From positions 83,779,467 through 83,825,634 of the forward strand of contig NC_068981.1 in the NCBI RefSeq assembly GCF_001194135.2: a DNA stretch of 46,168 nt, written 5' to 3'. Within the stretch, counting starts at the first letter, position 1; the number at the start of each line of letters is the position of its first letter. This DNA is from Octopus bimaculoides (taxonomy: Eukaryota). The position numbers and the translations under genes were made by a program. The notes below the pieces were generated by a model. It did no database searches. It saw only the letters and a program-made list of their open reading frames with translations, and had not been told where the DNA came from. This document shows, piece after piece, positions 39,479-46,168 of this stretch.

Positions 39479-39831
39479 GAAATGAAGTATTGAATGTCTT
39501 ATTGAATATATGGAATATGTCTTATTGAATATATGAAATATTGAGTGTTCAATATAAAGGATTAAATATATAAATATATAAAGGCGAATACGTATTTTCA
39601 AAACCTTGTGGTATTTCATCATGGCCGGTATGACAGACTGTAACAGACTGTGTTACAAACAGTCTGTTACAGTCTGTCATACCGGCCATGATGAAATACC
39701 ACAAGGTATAGAAAATACGTATTCGCCTTTATATATTTATATATTTAATCCTTTATATTGAACACTCAATATTTCATATATTCAATAAGACATATTCCAT
39801 ATATTCAATAAGACATTCAATACTTCATTTC
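39479..39831. repeat. 353-bp near-perfect palindrome (173-bp arms, 7-nt spacer GTTACAA)
   Basis: Arms 39479-39651 and 39659-39831 are reverse complements. I found two mismatches by eye (CAAAACC versus CTATACC). Confidence 0.95.
39684..39727 (+). ncRNA. Minimal type I hammerhead-like motif, second family (mirror copy on minus strand at 39583-39626)
   Basis: GGC-CATGATGA-A-ATACC(ACAA)GGTAT-A-GAA-AATACGTATT-C-GCC: hairpin stem II, 10-nt palindromic stem III, UUC site, 3-bp stem I. The core has an A in place of, or inserted after, C3. Confidence 0.5.
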
Positions 39832-39951
39832 GGCAGCAAATACAAAAATGCCGATTTTCTTTAAGATATGGTAAAGCGCACACGCGCGGTAAATTTTGAA
39901 AAATTAACATATAAACATAAGCCATCTTTCCTATGACTCGTGTTTATATGT

Positions 39952-40043
39952 AATCTGGTTATTCCGCTGAAGATAGTTTGACCTTGTAAGGTATATTTTT
40001 ATCTTGCTAAAATAACTTGAAACCATGGTACGGAATATAGATT
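39952..40043 (+). ncRNA. Type I hammerhead ribozyme candidate, copy 1
   Basis: Stem I TATTCCG (39960-66) pairs with CGGAATA (40031-37) and extends by AATCT/AGATT beyond an internal loop. Core CTGAAGA 39967-73, GAAA 40019-22, palindromic stem III ACCATGGT 40022-29, predicted cut GUA after 40030. Stem II is imperfect (AGTT/AACT, no G10.1-C11.1 pair). Confidence 0.7.
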
Positions 40044-40410
40044 GGTAAATGTTTTTATTTTTCATTCCCTTTCGAAATTATTCCTATTTTTGTGGTATAG
40101 AGTTTTTTGCTGCTCTTTCTAGCGGGTCAGATGTCCTATTATAGGCATCTCTGTATTTTAAATGAATAATATATAGTCTATTGACTGATTTTTATTCTCG
40201 CTAGACCACTGGTGGTAAATAAAATTTCTAAAATTTTTTTTGCTGCCCTAGAGTTTATTAATAATGATAGAATATTTTTTGGCTAATTTCTGAAAGGAAA
40301 TCGGCATTTTTGTATTTGCCGCCGATAAGGTAAAGCGCACATGCGCGGTAAATTTTGAAAAATTAACATATAAACATAAGCCATCTTTCCTATGACTCGT
40401 GTTTATATGT

Positions 40411-40502
40411 AATCTGGTTATTCCGCTGAAGATAATTTGACCTTGTAAGGTATATTTTTATCTTGCTAAAATAACTTGAAACCATGGTACGGAATATAGA
40501 TT
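40411..40502 (+). ncRNA. Type I hammerhead ribozyme candidate, copy 2
   Basis: Same layout shifted by 459 nt: CTGAAGA 40426-32, GAAA 40478-81, cut after 40489. A G>A change at 40435 weakens stem II. Confidence 0.62.
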
Positions 40503-40879
40503 GGTAAATGTTTTTATTTTTCATTCCCTTTCGAAATTATTCCTATTTTTGTGGTATAGAGTTTTTTGTTGCTCTTTCTAGCGGGTCAGATGTCCTATTA
40601 TAGGCATCTCTGTATTTTAAATGAATAATATATAGTCTATTGACTGATTTTTATTCTCGCTAGACCACTGGTGGTAAATAAAATTTCTAAAATTTTTTTT
40701 TGCTGCCCTATAATTTATTAATAATGATAGTATATATATAAAAGATAATAAGAGTGGAAAAACTACAGAAAGCTTGTGTTACATGGTTAAAGTATATATT
40801 TAAATTATGTCAGAAAAATGTTATAACATTTTTTTGGTATATAAACATTGTATTTGGAGAAATAACCGGTTCGTGTTGT

Positions 40880-41315
40880 CTTTTCAAATTTCTCTACTCA
40901 TCGTAAAATGTGTTCGCTCCCGTGTGAACAAAAGAGTTCTAGATAGGGGGAGGTATTTGTTTTGCGCATTTCTCAATATGCTCACTAAAGGGTATCATTC
41001 GGTATTCTGGCCATGCAATCTGCCGTCGATGCAGAGTGCATCTGCGTCTGAGCGATAATCCTGTGGACCCTATGTAGTTTTCGTGGCAACCCGAGCATCT
41101 TATTACATAAATAAGGTTTTCTGAGGCACAAGTAAAGTCAGATTTAACTTTGAATTTGTGTCCCTCTTTGAAGAGGAATTCTGAACCTTCTAGAATGTTT
41201 GGGCATGTTGCGCAATTTGGTCGCTCACATTCTTTTACTTTTGTATCTGTTATTTTGGAAAATAATTTTGCCTTTGTGAGGAACTTTTTCAGTGATTTTG
41301 GTTGTTTGTAGCTTT
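40880..41315 (-). mobile_element. Penelope-like element GIY-YIG endonuclease fragment
   Basis: KECERPNCATCPNI...DFTCASENLIYVIRCSGCHENYIGSTGLSLRRRCTLHRRQI: CxxC linker plus LIY-YIG motifs and the conserved R and H. Upstream is interrupted by microsatellite and a gap. Confidence 0.9.
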
Positions 41316-41339
41316 TACAAATATATATATATACATATG

Positions 41340-41371
<32 letters not shown>

Positions 41372-41413
41372 TATATACATACATACACACACACACACAC
41401 ACANNNNNNNNNN

Positions 41414-41485
<72 letters not shown>

Positions 41486-42084
41486 TGTATTTGTATGTAT
41501 GACCCATATTGAGACATTAATCATGGCACATGGCGGTTTTATAGCATAATTTCTTATACGTATATACACACACATATATGCATATATTTACACACATATA
41601 TATATACACATACACACATACATACATACGTATGCTTGTATGTTTATATGTTTTTTGTTCTCCCATTAACTATTCTACCTGAGTTGCAATGCAGATTTTT
41701 TAAATATTATTTAAAATATTTTTATGAATTGACATTCAAATGTTAACGAGTTGTTGATCAGCAATCTTTACATATTTCGCAAAGAAACTCTGTAGGTTTT
41801 ACCCGGCATTTATTCATTTATTTATTTCACAAAATACAAAATTTCTGCAAGCATGCAAACATCAGAAATATTTACCAAAGAAAAAAAAGAGAGATGGAAT
41901 ATCTTTATGTGTAATATCAGACGTGACATAACTCTTTTGGATAGCACAGAAAATCTTTACTCGAATCATCTTACTACGCCATGTTTCCAGATTAAGTTCA
42001 AGATTACTTCCTTAATCGCAAAACATCTTCTGACTGCAGTGCAGCACGACAAAATGATTTTGCAACTGTAGACATTTCAGAAAT

Positions 42085-42390
42085 AACCAAGAAACAGCAG
42101 ATGCCTTTTGCAAATTTGAGTAAGGCGTTTGATACTGCCAGCCGTGAGTGTCCTTCCCACATGTTCAGGATGTTCCGTTGCACCCACTATTTCTTCATAT
42201 GTTCTATCTCCTTCATGACAGAATGACAGTTAGCTGAAGAAGCCTCTTTAGGTAGCAAATCTTCTTCATTCCCATGGAGTTCGTCGTCGTATCTATCTCT
42301 TTCAACGGACTTATATCGAGTATAACTACTCATCAACAACTTGCTAAATTTGAAGGTGGAGAAAGGCAACATTACCGTCGAATTGACAGA
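42085..42390 (+). mobile_element. RTE-like LINE reverse transcriptase fragment
   Basis: FANLSKAFDTASRE matches the FxDLxKAFDxVxR motif. Decayed downstream. Confidence 0.65.
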
Positions 42391-42719
42391 CAACCATATT
42401 TATAAATATATATATTCATACATATATACCCACATACAAGCATATCGAAGATATATATATCTACGATATGTTTGTATATGGGTATATATGTGTGCATATA
42501 CATATGTGTATGGGTGTGAGTGTGCCCGTGTGCGTTTGCGTGTATGTAAGATATATATGTGTAAGCGTGTGTATGCACACACAAGCATCAGTGCATATAT
42601 ATTCGTGCGACAGTAGATATGTTTATATATGAGTATGTATGCTATTGCGAGCACATATTCGTATATGTGAGCGTGTGTGTATATACGTATGTATATGTAA
42701 GTGTAGAGGTATACACATG

Positions 42720-42788
<69 letters not shown>

Positions 42789-42812
42789 ATGCGTATATAT
42801 GTATGTGTATGA

Positions 42813-42865
<53 letters not shown>

Positions 42866-42899
42866 CGCGGATGTGTGCATGTACATGCATGTATTCCGA

Positions 42900-43300
42900 G
42901 CATTGAATCTTAAAGTCCAGCTAAGGACAATCACATGTGTAACCAGCCATGACGAATAGATCAGCAGTACAAAAAAAAAAAGAAATACAAATCCCTTAAA
43001 ACGGCAATCCCTTTAACAGTACCAGAATCACCATCCCACTACATATACACGTTCAAAGCAGAGTGCCAATGGCCCTTCAGCAACAAGACATTCTGATAAG
43101 CTCAGTGACTACTACGAAGTTCAGGCCACGTCCTAGGATTTTAAACTTATGGAGACAATATTTACACATCGCCTGACGAAGCACAACTAGATTTCATAAT
43201 GCAAGGAAACAGTTGCATAATCAAGTACCTGCACACTTGGAGGACTATGTTGCGTGGAAACAATAGCAGTGATTAAAAAATAAATGCTCAAACATATCCC
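42900..43300 (+). mobile_element. Possible PLE terminal region with CUGACGA...GAAAC motif
   Basis: CTGACGA at 43173-79, GCA/TGC stem II, GAAAC at 43206-10. Pairing is imperfect. Confidence 0.3.
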
Positions 43301-43360
43301 TTTTTGTTACTCTAAGTTTTTCAATTATATATGTGTGTGTGTGTCTGTTTGTGTATACGA

Positions 43361-43513
43361 AGTAGTTCTTTCAGTTTCTGTCTAGCGAAACCACTCAGAA
43401 GGCAATGACCGGACCGAGGCTATAGCAGAAGACACTTGCACAAGTTGTCACGCAGTGAGAGTGAACCCGGAACCACGTGATTGGGAAGTAAAGTAATACC
43501 ACGCAGCCACACC
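43361..43513 (-). mobile_element. SINE family A head, degenerate
   Basis: GAGGCTATAGCAGAAGACACTTGCACAAG...GAACCCGGAACCACGTG...ACCACGCAGCCAC. Confidence 0.75.
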
Positions 43514-43525
43514 AGTATATATATA

Positions 43526-43572
<47 letters not shown>

Positions 43573-44073
43573 NNNNNNNNNNAGAGATGGGAGAGTGAGA
43601 GATAAGCAGATACACACATAAATCCATATATATTTAAGCTTTGTTGTTACTATTGATGGGTATTAAACAAACATTAACTATACTATGCTGCAATAAAACC
43701 ACGAATGAAAGGTAATAATAGAATATAGCAAATACAATTCACGTGACAAAAAAAGTACTTTGAAGTATTAGGGTGGCGCAAATAGGAAAATAACTCCTAG
43801 TGGGAGGAGACGTATACGCATATATACAATGGACAGAATGATGACAAAAGTAATCAATCGCCCTAATAAAATAGTTCGATGTACATCATTATTGTTGTAG
43901 TGATAATTAAAAAGACGACAATAACAATATTTTATGATCAGATGCATCTGCACCTTTCCATTCATGTATGTTTGTATGTATGTATGTATGTATGTGTATG
44001 TGTGCATGTATGTATGTATGTATGTATGTATGTATTCATGTATGTATTATGTATGTGCATGTGTGCATGCATG

Positions 44074-44107
<34 letters not shown>

Positions 44108-44232
44108 TGCATGTATCTATCTATGTATTGTACGTATTCATGTATGTACGTATGCATGTTTCTCACACATATACATATGGTAGCTACGTATGCATACATT
44201 CAAGTATACCTATATCTATGTAATCATATATA

Positions 44233-44267
<35 letters not shown>

Positions 44268-44655
44268 GCATATACGTATATGTATAGTTAGTTACAGATA
44301 TACATACATGGATGGTTGGATGCAGGTGTACATAAATATAGTATATTATTGTGNNNNNNNNNNNNNNNNNNNNNNNNNNNNNNNNNNNNNNNNNNNNNNN
44401 NNNNNNNNNNNNNNNNNNNNNNNNNNNNNNNNNNNNNNNNNNNNNNNNNNNNNNNNNNNNNNNNNNNNNNNNNNNNNNNNNNNNNNNNNNNNNNNNNNNN
44501 NNNNNNNNNNNNNNNNNNNNNNNNNNNNNNNNNNNNNNNNNNNNNNNNNNNNNNNGTATGTATGTATGTATGTATGTGTATGTGTGCATGTATGTATGTA
44601 TGTATGTATGTATGTATTCATGTATGTATTATGTATGTGCATGTGTGCATGCATG

Positions 44656-44689
<34 letters not shown>

Positions 44690-44792
44690 TGTATGCATGT
44701 ATCTATCTATGTATTGTACGTATTCATGTATGTACGTATGCATGTGGTGCACCAGCATGACCGCAGCCACTTAGCTGAAACACATAAATAAC

Positions 44793-44831
<39 letters not shown>

Positions 44832-44895
44832 TATATATAGATGTAAGTATGTACATACATGTACGTATATATGCATATACTCATTTATTATTTGT

Positions 44896-44989
<94 letters not shown>

Positions 44990-45489
44990 TACATCCATTA
45001 TAGTTGCACAAATGGTTTCTACATTTATGTATGCACTTCTGCTAATGAGAATTCAATATTTTCAATGTACCTTTTTTGCAACTGGTGGTAAATGAACCGT
45101 TGGACTCAAGATATTACTTATTATTTGCAACAGATGCATTATTCATTATCAGCATAAAAGTTATAATTATGTTCGTCAAAATTGTATTGCTTGTATTAAA
45201 CAAAAAGACATGTACATCGCTTTGATGACCACATCTTTATATCTCATTGATATTAAATGCAGCTTTTTTGTCTCTTTATTTAATTCTATATTCATTTATT
45301 TATTCTTTTTTCTTATTGTCATTGAAGCCCTGAGAAAGTACATTTCATATGGTTTATGTAGTTCTTAACTAAATGTCATGTCTACATTTGATAGGTCGAA
45401 CATGGCTGATGCAAATGCAGATTGAAACCTCTACTTCCATTTAAGAACAAAATAATTTAAACCGCATCCTATTATGTCAAAATGCAGTT

Positions 45490-45662
45490 AACAGGATGAA
45501 GCATTAGCACACCGGACAAAATGCATAGCAATATTTCATCCGGCTTTTTTACGTTCTAAATTTAATTTCTGTCGAGATCGACTTTGCTTTTCATCTGTTC
45601 GGTTTAGATAAAAAGAAGCACAATTTATGCACTGGGTTCGATGTAATCGATTAGCCTCACCC
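45490..45662 (+). mobile_element. Degenerate SINE family B
   Basis: CATTAGCACACCGGACAAAATGC...GAGATCGACTTTGCTTTTCATC...GCACTGGGTTCGATGTAATCG. Confidence 0.7.
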
Positions 45663-45973
45663 GACAATGTATTTCAATGTACCAATAGTAGGAAAGATTA
45701 TTCTGTCAAATTTTAATGTTCTTATTCATATAATTTGTGTGTCTTCTTACTTTTACGGATATAATTAGAATAGACACTTCGATGCACGATGTTTGGTAAC
45801 AAATAGTTTTTCAAGTAAAATAAGATTATGGTTGTTGACAACAGTCGCTATACTTATTTAAAATCAATAAAATAATCAATATCGCACAAGTGGACACATC
45901 GGTAATATCGGTTATTGATACATCCCAACGAACTATTTTGTATTCAGTCACGTATTATTAAATACATATATAA

Positions 45974-46168
45974 AAGCGGCGAGCTAGCAGAATCGTTAGC
46001 CCGCTGGACGAAATGCTTAGCGGTATTTCGCCCGTCGCTACGTTCTAAATTCAAATTCCGCAGCTCAGATAACGGAAAGAGTCAACGACTATGGAAAAGG
46101 TTGCAAGACGCAACGAAAATTTTAGGAAAAAGCCTTGTGAGTGGATTTGGTAGACGGAAACTGAAAGA
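45974..46168 (+). mobile_element. SINE family B head joined to a family A segment (runs off the window)
   Basis: 45974-46061 is a family B head. 46130-46168 (AAGCCTTGTGAGTGGATTTGGTAGACGGAAACTGAAAGA) is family A sequence. Confidence 0.75.

Larger units (their letters stand above)
39870..40730 (+). repeat. Tandem duplication with a 459-nt period, each copy containing a hammerhead-like motif
   Basis: 39870-40270 matches 40329-40730, with about five substitutions and one extra T. Confidence 0.95.

Noticed and set aside
39634-39680. CAGTCTGTTA short repeats, or other repeats, as a CRISPR-like array
   Set aside because: There is no regular repeat-spacer structure or cas-like ORF, the context is eukaryotic, and the repeats are simply the palindrome centre.
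43976-44745. ~185-bp duplicated (TATG)n-rich block
   Set aside because: The second copy begins exactly at the end of a gap, so it is most likely an assembly overlap.

Overview
AT-rich, microsatellite-saturated animal DNA with ten N-gaps. The tRNA-derived SINE families and repeat content point to an octopus genome; that is inferred from repeat recognition, not from a search. I recognised no intact host gene, and almost all ORFs in the supplied track are microsatellite or N-gap artefacts. The explainable sequence is mostly decayed mobile DNA: three SINE families, an internally deleted mariner, a pogo-like 5' end, a 5'-truncated L1/Tx1 LINE, R4/Dong-like and RTE-like LINE scraps, and several Penelope-like (PLE) fragments. 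The most interesting structure is at 39.3-41.3 kb. It holds a 459-nt tandem duplication in which each copy carries a type I hammerhead-ribozyme fold (exact CUGAAGA/GAAA core, 7-bp stem I, palindromic stem III, GUA site), which is a retrozyme or pLTR-like layout. Next to it is a 353-bp near-perfect palindrome whose arms carry a second hammerhead-like motif, also present at 31.8 kb, and on the other side a PLE GIY-YIG fragment. Further degenerate hammerhead-like motifs lie at 33.8, 35.0-35.2, 37.1 and 43.2 kb. All folds were derived by eye and no activity has been tested.
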